From IMG/VR virus record IMGVR_UViG_3300025312_000144: DNA of 39,447 nucleotides; one strand, written 5' to 3'. The DNA is from a virus. The notes under the pieces were generated by a model. It ran no database searches. It was not told where the DNA came from and saw only the letters and a list, made by a program, of their open reading frames with translations. Both the position numbers and the translations under genes were made by a program. This document shows, in pieces, positions 7,251 through 14,956 of the stretch. Position 1 is the stretch's first letter; each line of letters opens with the position of its first letter.

Positions 7251-7313
7251 TGGCGGGTGAGAAGCCGGCTAAGACGGCGGGGGTGCGGTCTTATAACCTG
7301 CCGACTCTCACCC
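7251..7313 (-). ncRNA. extended hairpin RNA ending in G-CCA (unclassified)
   Basis: On the minus RNA, GGGTGAGA(7313..7306)/TCTCACCC(7262..7255) stacks on GUCGGC/GCCGGC and UAAGAC/GUCUUA. The U-G wobble on the minus RNA is a C-A mismatch on the plus RNA. The 3' side is followed by GCCA. 38 of 60 bases are G+C over 7251..7310. Confidence 0.4.
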
Positions 7314-7322
7314 ATAAGAAAG

Positions 7323-7583
7323 CTACCCCACCGACTCTATTCGGGCGATAGCAGTTTCCAAGCCAATTTCTCCTCCTCTATATTCGGAGACGGTAGCGAT
7401 AACAAAATCTGCGTAAGCTCGCGCCTCCGGATAGGACTCGACCAAATCCCGATAGCAAGCGTAGAGGCCGTTAGCCAGAACACGCTCGCCGACCAGAGAT
7501 TTGTCCACCAAAGGTGTGTCAAGTACGAGTAGGTAGTGGACAGCCACGCAGCATACTCGTCGCAGCAACTCTTGGTAGTCAAT
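7323..7583 (-). CDS. hypothetical protein (about 81-86 aa) in a G+C-rich segment; start codon uncertain (ATT 7583 or TTG 7568)
   Basis: Of three overlapping open frames, only this one has G-rich first and A/T-rich second codon positions. GGGAG lies 9 nt upstream of the ATT at 7583. No in-frame ATG lies near the 5' end. Confidence 0.5.
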   Translation of the reverse strand: MDYQELLRRVCCVAVHYLLVLDTPLVDKSLVGERVLANGLYACYRDLVESYPEARAYADFVIATVSEYRGGEIGLETAIARIESVG

Positions 7584-7589
7584 GACTGC

Positions 7590-7733
7590 TCACTCCCTTC
7601 TATTTTTTAAGTAACTATTTATTAGGTCTCTTATTAAAATTAAGGTATCTATTCGGCGCTTCTCGTCGTTCCAGAAGAACCTTAGATTTTCGATATACTT
7701 ATCTAAAAATACAGTAAAATCGTCATCCTCCAT
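7590..7733 (-). CDS. hypothetical protein (47 aa)
   Basis: Hand-translated MEDDDFTVFLDKYIENLRFFWNDEKRRIDTLILIRDLINSYLKNRRE. Overlaps the upstream gene end by 11 nt. Confidence 0.5.
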   Translation of the reverse strand: MEDDDFTVFLDKYIENLRFFWNDEKRRIDTLILIRDLINSYLKNRRE

Positions 7734-8052
7734 CGCCTAGCCCTTTTATTATATTCTTATAATCTATTTTTTTATGGTAATCGACCGCCCGCTTTTTAAG
7801 TAGAGTATATGCTTTTTTCCCGATTGTGTTAATAACGTAGTTTTCCCACTCGATAGGCCGGTTAGTAAAATAGATATGGCAGGACTGGCAAAGACATAGA
7901 GCGTTTTTTAGGTTGTGCCGGATTTGCTTATAACTCCGGCTAATAATATGGGCACATTGGAGATTGTTTTTACTTCTGCACCTATGACAAACTCCGGCGC
8001 TTCTTATCTTTAGAGAAAATAGTTCGTCAGCTTTTTTTAGCGGGGTTTTCAT
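7723..8052 (-). CDS. NinG/Rap-like zinc-binding protein (HNH-like Cys/His pattern)
   Basis: CHRCRS...LQCAHIISRSYKQIRHNLKNALCLCQSCH matches the NinG-type C-x2-C...H...N...C-x2-CH arrangement. Confidence 0.55.
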   Translation of the reverse strand: MKTPLKKADELFSLKIRSAGVCHRCRSKNNLQCAHIISRSYKQIRHNLKNALCLCQSCHIYFTNRPIEWENYVINTIGKKAYTLLKKRAVDYHKKIDYKNIIKGLGDGG

Positions 8053-8259
8053 TGAGGATTTTTTTGACGTTGAAAAGCAAAGTTACCAAATCAACGTTAC
8101 TACGCGGATTAAGATTGCAGAAATAAGTATTAGGAAAGCTAGCAGACTTACCAAACCTAAAACTGCCGTTATAAAAACTATTTTTCCAATCCACTTTAAG
8201 CCGTTGTCCCACACAATTAAATTTACTACTAATCGGGAAGTTTGCGCAATAGGTGGGGG

Positions 8260-8880
8260 TTAAATAAAGCCGGCTTGTTTAGAACAAGTAGGCCAAGCGT
8301 ACCAAGCCCAAGCAACACCGCGTTGGGCTTTTCTAGCGTCCCAAATCTGCTTAGCAACTTTAATGTTAAAAACGGGGTCGGCTAATTGTTCTCGACTATA
8401 TCCGTGATTATCGGCTACTTGAAAGAGTCCGTAATTGTGTTGATTATAGGCGGCATCGTAACCGTCTGCCCAATTATTATATCCGCTCTCGCACATAATA
8501 AGGTCGTGGAAGCGTGCATCTTCCCACCAAACGCTATAAATAAGTTTTAGTACCTGGGTATTATTTGTAGATAAAAACCTTACTTGGGGCTTCTGGTAGG
8601 CTACGGCTAGTCTAATTTCTTCGGCGCGTCTTGCTTTAACTATTTTAATTTCTTTAACCTGTTTCTCTAATTTCTTTAATTTTTGCTCTAGAAGTTTATC
8701 TTGGTCTTGAAGTTTTTTATTTGTTTCTCTTAACTCTTGGTTCTGCTTCTCCACTTCTCTACTCTCGGCTCTTATAGAAGCCGAATTTCTACCCTCGATA
8801 ATTAAGGCTAGGGTAATAAGTAGAAGGAAAATTATCACGAACCGAAGCTGGTTCGCTAAAACAGGTTTAAGTTTTATCAT
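8260..8880 (-). CDS. membrane-anchored Rpf-like lytic transglycosylase
   Basis: N-terminal TM segment FVIIFLLLITLALII and a Lys/Glu coiled coil. The C-terminal MCESGYNNW...YGLFQV...AWYAWPTCS matches the transglycosylase-like (Rpf) domain signature CESG..NW / GL.Q / AWP.C. Confidence 0.7.
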   Translation of the reverse strand: MIKLKPVLANQLRFVIIFLLLITLALIIEGRNSASIRAESREVEKQNQELRETNKKLQDQDKLLEQKLKKLEKQVKEIKIVKARRAEEIRLAVAYQKPQVRFLSTNNTQVLKLIYSVWWEDARFHDLIMCESGYNNWADGYDAAYNQHNYGLFQVADNHGYSREQLADPVFNIKVAKQIWDARKAQRGVAWAWYAWPTCSKQAGFI

Positions 8881-8974
8881 ATTGGCTCGTTTTACAGTTC
8901 GAGCCGAACTGATATACCTTAGACATCTAGAAAGATGCTTTTACTGTTAGTCTATATTATACTATAAAGAGCAA

Positions 8975-9025
8975 AAAAGTACGCCTTTCACCAAAAATAT
9001 ACGATACTAGCGTACTTTTATTTTG
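8975..9025. terminator. bidirectional terminator-like hairpin
   Basis: AAAAGTACGC (8975..8984) pairs with GCGTACTTTT (9010..9019). There are A-runs before and T-runs after on both strands. The 25-nt loop is large for a terminator. Confidence 0.35.
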
Positions 9026-9046
9026 AACTTAAAAGGAGGTGATATT

Positions 9047-9178
9047 ATGTTTGACGACGACCCAAAGATTAACGGCGAAACTAACGGCGAAGAAACTCCT
9101 GTAGCAGACGAAACCGGAGATAAACCCGAAGGTGAGGCCGAAGCAGAAACCGGAGAAGGTGAAGAAAAGGACGAATAG
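9047..9178 (+). CDS. hyper-acidic 43-aa protein; the only convincing plus-strand gene
   Basis: AAGGAGGTGA lies 6 nt upstream of the ATG. Translation MFDDDPKINGETNGEETPVADETGDKPEGEAEAETGEGEEKDE, followed by a strong terminator. Confidence 0.6.
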   Translation: MFDDDPKINGETNGEETPVADETGDKPEGEAEAETGEGEEKDE

Positions 9179-9213
9179 TGCTATAATAGTTTTAATCCTT
9201 TTCTCTTTTACTT

Positions 9214-9255
9214 AGTCGCCCCTTTTTGCATCGTTGGAGGGGCGACTTTGTATTT
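9214..9255 (+). terminator. intrinsic terminator
   Basis: AGTCGCCCCT (9214..9223) pairs with AGGGGCGACT (9238..9247), followed by TTGTATTT. Confidence 0.6.
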
Positions 9256-9323
9256 GATATACTTTGTTATTGTTTTACCGGTAGCGGTAAAAGTATATAA
9301 AACTATATCAAGAAAAGCAAAAG

Positions 9324-9360
9324 CCCGAACTAGACAGGGAAGGAGGTGACGAAGTTCAGG
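9324..9360 (-). other. hairpin whose loop carries UCACCUCCUU (16S 3'-end-like) on the minus RNA; on the plus strand an orphan AAGGAGGTGA without a start codon
   Basis: CCUGAAC(9360..9354)/GUUCGGG(9330..9324) gives 7 bp with one U-G on the minus RNA; the plus RNA has a C-A mismatch instead. No ATG, GTG or TTG lies 4-12 nt after the plus-strand SD. Confidence 0.35.
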
Positions 9361-9385
9361 CTATTTGCTATATCTGACAGGCTTC

Positions 9386-9407
9386 GGGTATTTATATACC
9401 CTTTTTT
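9386..9407 (+). terminator. intrinsic terminator
   Basis: GGGTAT (9386..9391) pairs with ATACCC (9396..9401), followed by TTTTTT. Confidence 0.5.
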
Positions 9408-9424
9408 ACCACTTACTAATACTA

Positions 9425-9658
9425 CTACTTTTTTATATTACTTGCGAACTCCCTAATCACGGTAATAATACCTGCGGTTCTAAGTCCCCATAAAGACCCT
9501 GCAACGATGCTATTATCGGCAGGTAGGTTATATATAAGCGCTCCGGCTACGGCCGCTACGACGATTGTAGCGACACCAGTAATCTTCTTAGGGAAGATTA
9601 GCTGCGCACCTTTAACGACAGCTACTAGAACCGGCGCAAGTTCGATTAAATCTACCAT
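9425..9658 (-). CDS. holin-like small membrane protein
   Basis: 77 aa with hydrophobic helices (APVLVAVVKGA, ATIVVAAVAGALIY) and a basic C-terminus. Sits directly after the endolysin gene, with GGTGGTGA upstream. Confidence 0.6.
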   Translation of the reverse strand: MVDLIELAPVLVAVVKGAQLIFPKKITGVATIVVAAVAGALIYNLPADNSIVAGSLWGLRTAGIITVIREFASNIKK

Positions 9659-9672
9659 CTTTTATCACCACC

Positions 9673-10284
9673 TTACTTGACTCTTAACTTCCAACCTATT
9701 CTAATTAAGTTTGGGTTAGTCGCTAAGGAGGGGTATCTAGATTTATTCAAAACTACTAATCTTTGCCAAGTAGTTTTATAGCGTGAGGCAATTAAAGATA
9801 GAGTATCGCCGGACTTAATCGTATAGTAAACGATAGTCGGCGGTTTAGGTTTTGGCTTAGGTACTGGTTTAGGGGCAGGTTTAGGTATTAGAACCCTCGG
9901 TCTTAGTATACCTAAAATACCTCTATAAGAGTGTCCTTGTAAGTGAGAAGGGGAGTTAGGCGGCCAGTTCTGGTCGAAGCCGGTAAAACTAAATAGATTT
10001 CCTTTAACGAAGATATCTGTATGACCCCAACGCGGGTCGGCAGGAGAACCGCCCCAGATAATTATATCGCCGGCTTTAGGGACGTTAGTTAAAGTCTTTT
10101 TATATTTTAGGAAGTATTTAGAAGGGGCGTTAGCGAAAAGATTAACAGCGTTACCCCAGATTGGCGGATAACCTAGATTTTTAATCCAGTATTGGACTAT
10201 ATCTACACACTGGGCGCCATACCATTTATCAAAATCTGCATATTTTCCGTTCCACCTAGAGATAAACTTAGATAGGCTAACCAT
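9673..10284 (-). CDS. endolysin: CHAP peptidase domain, Pro/Lys linker, LysM domain
   Basis: [11 protein letters not shown] (catalytic Cys) and GHTDIFV (His). Linker [17 protein letters not shown]-terminal [16 protein letters not shown]...[10 protein letters not shown] is LysM-like. Confidence 0.8.
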   Translation of the reverse strand: MVSLSKFISRWNGKYADFDKWYGAQCVDIVQYWIKNLGYPPIWGNAVNLFANAPSKYFLKYKKTLTNVPKAGDIIIWGGSPADPRWGHTDIFVKGNLFSFTGFDQNWPPNSPSHLQGHSYRGILGILRPRVLIPKPAPKPVPKPKPKPPTIVYYTIKSGDTLSLIASRYKTTWQRLVVLNKSRYPSLATNPNLIRIGWKLRVK

Positions 10285-10303
10285 TTATTTTATTATATCA
10301 CCC

Positions 10304-10726
10304 CTACGGTAATTTTAATTTGCCTTCTCGCATATCCTTTATAAACTTTATCGCCTCGTTCTGTACTAACTTACCGTTCTCGGTATTTTTAACTAAAAGT
10401 TCTAGGGTGTTTTTTAATTCTCCGGCGGGGCCAAATAGTTTAGTATATTCTTCGACCTTCTTAAAAAGCTCTTGGTTTACACCTTCTAGCTTACCTATTT
10501 TTTGCTGTAAATCGTTTACTTGAACTTGTAGGGTTTCGCGTGACGACCTCTCTGCGTTTAATTGTCCTGTTAGGGTGGCGATTAACTCCCGATTGGCGTT
10601 ATGCAGTTTTTCTTCGGCCTTATCGATACCGGCAAAGAAATTCCTATAACCGTAAGCGATAGAGAAAATTACCGCTCCTATCCCTAGAAGTGTATTCGGA
10701 TGAAAGATAATTTCAAAGATACCCAT
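10304..10726 (-). CDS. membrane-anchored coiled-coil protein (lysis- or fibre-associated)
   Basis: N-terminal TM segment LLGIGAVIFSIAYGY, then heptad-like helices. Lies between the fibre genes and the endolysin. Confidence 0.5.
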   Translation of the reverse strand: MGIFEIIFHPNTLLGIGAVIFSIAYGYRNFFAGIDKAEEKLHNANRELIATLTGQLNAERSSRETLQVQVNDLQQKIGKLEGVNQELFKKVEEYTKLFGPAGELKNTLELLVKNTENGKLVQNEAIKFIKDMREGKLKLP

Positions 10727-10739
10727 TATTAAGACTATA

Positions 10740-11648
10740 TCAGATAAGCTCCACTATTATAATTGCCGGAAAAGTAGTATCGGCTTCCATCGATAAAGTA
10801 CCAGTTCCAGTTGCCCTTAAAGCGGTTAGGTTATAAGTATGTGAACCGCTAGACGGGCTTTCTACTGTAAAACCGTCCATTTCAAAGTTTGTATTTGCAT
10901 TAGGTAATGGTGTTCTTATTGCTTGTAAAGTAACCCCACCTTCCTCTATATTTAATCCGGCTCTATCTGCGGCAACGCTAGATTGTATTAAACAAATCCC
11001 GCTTATTTTTATTTTTCTACCTGCCGGTATAAGAACCGTAACCGATAATCCGGTTAAATCAACCTCGCTGGTAATAGAACCTTGGTCGTTTAGTTGTTGT
11101 CTATAGCCAATAACTCCAGGGGTCGGGGTGCGGTTATAAATTAAGTTACCGATTGTATCTACTACTGATAAAATCGTGCTAGATACCGTTGGGCCGGCGG
11201 GGTCAACTTGTCCTTGATTGATATTATTCTGGGCGGCTATAGTAGTTGCACCGGTAGTAACAATCGCTAATCTTATATGGTTAGTAGCTAGGGAAGGCGA
11301 GGCCGCGTTATTAGCTACTTCGTTATAATCAATTACTCCGTCGTCTCCTAAGTCAACGTAAGTATCCTTACTAGCGGTAAAATCTCTTGCGGCTACTGCG
11401 CTTGCGGTTATTCGTTTTCCGCCAATATAGGTAACTACGCTAGTCATCGAGGCGGTGCGGTCAACTGCCGGATTATCGGCCGTCCAAACTCCGCCGCTCG
11501 CTACGAAATTATAAAAAGACTCGCTCCTAAAGGTTTCTAATTTATTATTGGCAGTAGCTAAAGAACCGTCCGCCAAACCCTCGTGGGTGTCGTGGTGTTC
11601 GGTGGGGTCTATTGTTTCGCCTGTAGGATAGGTAGGTGTTTGAGGCAT
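10740..11648 (-). CDS. tail fibre / receptor-binding protein, paralog 2
   Basis: The N-terminal ~135 aa align with the upstream gene (IDPTEH..TH.GL.DGS...NNKLE.FRSE...FVASGGVW.AD...SMTS.V.YI.GKRITASAV...ATNHIR). The C-terminus is unrelated. Confidence 0.6.
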   Translation of the reverse strand: MPQTPTYPTGETIDPTEHHDTHEGLADGSLATANNKLETFRSESFYNFVASGGVWTADNPAVDRTASMTSVVTYIGGKRITASAVAARDFTASKDTYVDLGDDGVIDYNEVANNAASPSLATNHIRLAIVTTGATTIAAQNNINQGQVDPAGPTVSSTILSVVDTIGNLIYNRTPTPGVIGYRQQLNDQGSITSEVDLTGLSVTVLIPAGRKIKISGICLIQSSVAADRAGLNIEEGGVTLQAIRTPLPNANTNFEMDGFTVESPSSGSHTYNLTALRATGTGTLSMEADTTFPAIIIVELI

Positions 11649-11649
11649 T

Positions 11650-12573
11650 TTAGTTGTGTCCTATTATTATCATCTTAGAACCAGCCGTTAGAGTTGCTCC
11701 GCCTCCTGTATTTACAATATGAACTGCGGTAATAAGCGTACTGGCTCCCGAAACCCACTTACCGGCTACGTCGTCTTTACCAGGAGCGTTGGCAGCACCG
11801 CCAGAACCTGAGTGTACGACCGTTCCAGTAACTACTTTTTCGTCACTATCAATTAAATTCTGAACTAAGTAGTTTAGTATTTCTCTAGTTCCGCTCGTAG
11901 ACTCCGCCGGTATACCGGTAGTGCTACCAAGTGTAGTATCGGCCGCTCCGTTAACCGACTTTCTCCAAGAGTAATTAGCTCCACTATCGTTGTTAAATCT
12001 TAGAGTTAGTATCTTGGTAGCCGACTCGTTATCTAAGAATATAACTTGTAAAACTTTTCTACTTGGGTAACTTTCAATCGAGATATTAGACGGTGTACCT
12101 TCTTTTAATTCACACATAGCTAAAGTCCAGGGGCTTAGATTTCTTCTATCATAGACAACTGTAATTCCAGTACCATCGGTTGTTATATAGGCAATTCTAA
12201 TATGGTTAGTTGCTAAAGCCGGTACGTTAGAAAAAGCAGTACCCTCGTTATAATCTATGGTTCCGTCAGTCCCTAAATCGACAGCCGTAAATTTAGAAGC
12301 GGTAAAGGCGTGGGCTGAAACGGCGGAAGCAGTTATCCTCTTACCGCTTATATAAGCAACGATACTCGTCATAGAGCCGTTTAGACTGGCTCCTAAACTA
12401 TCGGCAGACCAGACGCCACCGGAAGCTACAAAATCGTTAAGCGTCTCGCTTCTAAAAAGCTCTAGTTTATTATTATTTACATCCTCCGAACCGTCGGACA
12501 AGCCGTCGTGAGTCGCCTTGTGTTCGGTCGGGTCTATTATTTGGTCTATCGAGTAAGTTGGGCCTCCACTCAT
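11650..12573 (-). CDS. tail fibre / receptor-binding protein, paralog 1
   Basis: See paralog 2. Lies directly downstream of the Tal-like gene. Confidence 0.6.
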   Translation of the reverse strand: MSGGPTYSIDQIIDPTEHKATHDGLSDGSEDVNNNKLELFRSETLNDFVASGGVWSADSLGASLNGSMTSIVAYISGKRITASAVSAHAFTASKFTAVDLGTDGTIDYNEGTAFSNVPALATNHIRIAYITTDGTGITVVYDRRNLSPWTLAMCELKEGTPSNISIESYPSRKVLQVIFLDNESATKILTLRFNNDSGANYSWRKSVNGAADTTLGSTTGIPAESTSGTREILNYLVQNLIDSDEKVVTGTVVHSGSGGAANAPGKDDVAGKWVSGASTLITAVHIVNTGGGATLTAGSKMIIIGHN

Positions 12574-12581
12574 AATAACTC

Positions 12582-14273
12582 CTAACTAGGCGAGTCTGGA
12601 TTGTTAATAGTTTCCAGCTTGCCTACAGACTCATCTTGGCTTGCTAACTGCTTATAAAAATTGACCGGTAGTTCTTTCGCCTCTATTACCAGTTTAGCAG
12701 GTTCGTAATTTATTCGTCCAATCTGTAAGATTATCGTTCCGAAATCCCTAAAAGACATACCCCATCTATCTACATCCCAACGAGCTTTACCCCAACGGCT
12801 AGAGCCGTTCTGCCCGATATTGGCTAAAGATATAACCTCGCCGACGTGTAAGTTTTCTATATCGATACCGGCCGGATTATCGCTTATATTGCTATCGATT
12901 AACTCTATGTTAGACCGCATTCTCGGAGAGTTGTTTTCAGTTAAGACTTTAGAAACTATTTTATCGGCGGTATCTTCGATAGTTACGCGGTTATCAGTTA
13001 TAGCTACCGACTTAACCCCGAACCTATCTATTAAATCCTCGTCCTCATATTTCTTATAAAAGTTGACTCCGGCCGCTATTTCGCCGCCGGTAAAGTAAAC
13101 GGTATTAACTATATTTTGGCTAATAGCGGTAAGGTTATTTATTGCGACGTTTTTTCCGTAAACTAAGCGATGCTCGTAATCTTCGCTAACCTCCCTTAAA
13201 TAAATAATGTTATTAGCTTGGTCTATATAAAAGTAAAAGTTAGGCGGGCAAAGCTCAACTATCTTATTTATACACTCTAGAATAGTCATTACTTTGAAAG
13301 TGTAACTAGCAGAAGTTAGAGTTGGTTCTAAGGAAGCTCCGCCGTAAGATATTTTCCCGCCTCTTTCTATATATAAATCTAGTATATCCCGTAGCATCTC
13401 CGAAGGGTCAATATCACTATAACTTATAGTGGTAGTAAGGTTGGCAGGTTCTATTTTGTAATGTAAATCACCAGCTTGGGGGTAGTATCCTATACCGTTA
13501 TCATTCCAAAGCCAAGAGACCTCGTCGCTAATCCCTGCTAAATCGTAGTAAAGATTAGGAGTACCGGCGCTACCAGGGGATATAACAAAATGGTAATAGT
13601 TACCTTGTATTAGTTTTACCCCGAACGGAAATTGAAAAGTTGCCTCCCAAGTATCAGGAGCGATATCAATTAAGTCCGACCCGAAAGTAATAACTCCGCC
13701 GGTAGGTATTACACTATTCGAAGAAGGTAGCCCGCCGTCGTCCTCAACTAAGTCAAAATTTTCCATTGCCTGATAAGCGTCTAAATAAAGATGGAATTTT
13801 TTAATAGAGTCAAAGTTAGCCCGAAACCTAAAAGAAATGTAATCTTGTCCTGCGTTTATAGCGAAAGAGTCGGGCGACCCACCAGAAGACTCGTCTATTA
13901 TATCGGCAGTAGCAGTTTCGTAGACCTCTGCCAGATAATCGTTTAAGTCTGCCCCGAAACCTAATAAAGTAACTTCTGTATATTTTTCCTTTTCTGAAAA
14001 GTAAGGATGATACTCGCTAATAAAACCCTGAAATAAGTTTTGCCCTTCCGGAGTTTCTTTATCCTGAACTGTAATTATTACTTTATTATTAAATTCTATA
14101 TCGGTTCCTAAAGTATCGGGGTCTCTAGCTAGCAATAACTTAATTTCACTACCAGCCGAATTTAACTCTTGTGTAAAGGAAGGTTCGCTAGCAACGTCGT
14201 CCCAAGTAGTTAGGAAATTATCAGCGTTATCGTAAACTTTATAACTGTAAGTTTTTTGGTCTGGGCTACTCAT
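12582..14273 (-). CDS. tail-associated (Tal-like) baseplate/tip protein
   Basis: 563 aa. N-terminus KTYSYKVYDNADNFLTTWDDV...EIKLLLARD is typical of siphovirus tail endopeptidase / Tal N-domains. Position follows Dit. Confidence 0.6.
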   Translation of the reverse strand: MSSPDQKTYSYKVYDNADNFLTTWDDVASEPSFTQELNSAGSEIKLLLARDPDTLGTDIEFNNKVIITVQDKETPEGQNLFQGFISEYHPYFSEKEKYTEVTLLGFGADLNDYLAEVYETATADIIDESSGGSPDSFAINAGQDYISFRFRANFDSIKKFHLYLDAYQAMENFDLVEDDGGLPSSNSVIPTGGVITFGSDLIDIAPDTWEATFQFPFGVKLIQGNYYHFVISPGSAGTPNLYYDLAGISDEVSWLWNDNGIGYYPQAGDLHYKIEPANLTTTISYSDIDPSEMLRDILDLYIERGGKISYGGASLEPTLTSASYTFKVMTILECINKIVELCPPNFYFYIDQANNIIYLREVSEDYEHRLVYGKNVAINNLTAISQNIVNTVYFTGGEIAAGVNFYKKYEDEDLIDRFGVKSVAITDNRVTIEDTADKIVSKVLTENNSPRMRSNIELIDSNISDNPAGIDIENLHVGEVISLANIGQNGSSRWGKARWDVDRWGMSFRDFGTIILQIGRINYEPAKLVIEAKELPVNFYKQLASQDESVGKLETINNPDSPS

Positions 14274-14955
14274 AGATAATCTCCAAGGTTATATCTGCTG
14301 GGTCAAACTGGTAACTTTTCGACTCCTCTTGTGCCGGAGTAATAACCGATAAACCTTTTCTTTCTCTAATATAAAAATCAGGCTGGTTATTATAAAGAGT
14401 ATCAGCTGAGACTAACCAAAATCTTGCGGGATTTCCATTATCAAATTGCGTTTGTATATACTCAATCATCGCTTTATTAGCTAAGAAACTCTGATCTCTA
14501 GCCGGCGGAAAGAATATAAACTGCGAGTTTCTAGACCCTAGTATCGGGTAAGTTACAGGGTCGTTTAGAGTATCTAGGTCTATAAAATCGCCAACAGCCA
14601 ATGTACCAGAACCCCAATCGTACTGGACGAGTAGTATATCGGTATAGCTAGTAGTTCCGGAATTAAAGGCAGTATTTATACTTAACTTAACGTCTTTTAT
14701 AACTGCTCCAGCAGGTATAGAAGCTAGGCTAAAGGAAAGTCCGGTAACGTCTACGTAGTAATCAAAACTAGGGTCTGCGACAATTTGGTGACCTACGTTA
14801 TAAAGACCGTTTGCGTAAGGGTCAAGTTCTATAGTTGCTATAGCTGTCCCTTTTCTAGCTTCGTCTAACCCATTAGGTACTCCGATAACCGAAGAACGAA
14901 CGTAACCAGAGTTAGACTGGTCAACCGCTATTGTTACGCTTTTTCTGTAAGCCAT
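14266..14955 (-). CDS. hypothetical tail-module protein
   Basis: The ATG at 14955 lies 2 nt after the Dit stop. An alternative ATG at 15021 would add a signal-peptide-like MKIILLAVALLSAFLIL but overlaps Dit by 65 nt. Confidence 0.55.
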   Translation of the reverse strand: MAYRKSVTIAVDQSNSGYVRSSVIGVPNGLDEARKGTAIATIELDPYANGLYNVGHQIVADPSFDYYVDVTGLSFSLASIPAGAVIKDVKLSINTAFNSGTTSYTDILLVQYDWGSGTLAVGDFIDLDTLNDPVTYPILGSRNSQFIFFPPARDQSFLANKAMIEYIQTQFDNGNPARFWLVSADTLYNNQPDFYIRERKGLSVITPAQEESKSYQFDPADITLEIIYE

Positions 14956-14956
14956 A

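Noticed and set aside
7179-7313. The GGGUGA...UCACCC elements as true tRNA genes
   Set aside because: Neither folds into a cloverleaf. One is a single extended hairpin with only 45 nt between the acceptor strands. The other has just two internal arms and no 7-nt anticodon loop.
7257-7582. Alternative ORFs 7257..7532 (+) and 7337..7582 (-) overlapping the G+C-rich gene
   Set aside because: They are open only because the segment is G+C-rich. Their translations are Trp/Ser/Arg-rich, and their codon positions lack the G1/A-T2 periodicity seen in the 7323 frame.
8027-8212. 61-aa ORF with a GTG start between the Rpf-like and NinG-like genes
   Set aside because: It has no SD, overlaps the NinG-like start, and has a composition typical of AT-rich spacer. 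It may be real, but I cannot support it.
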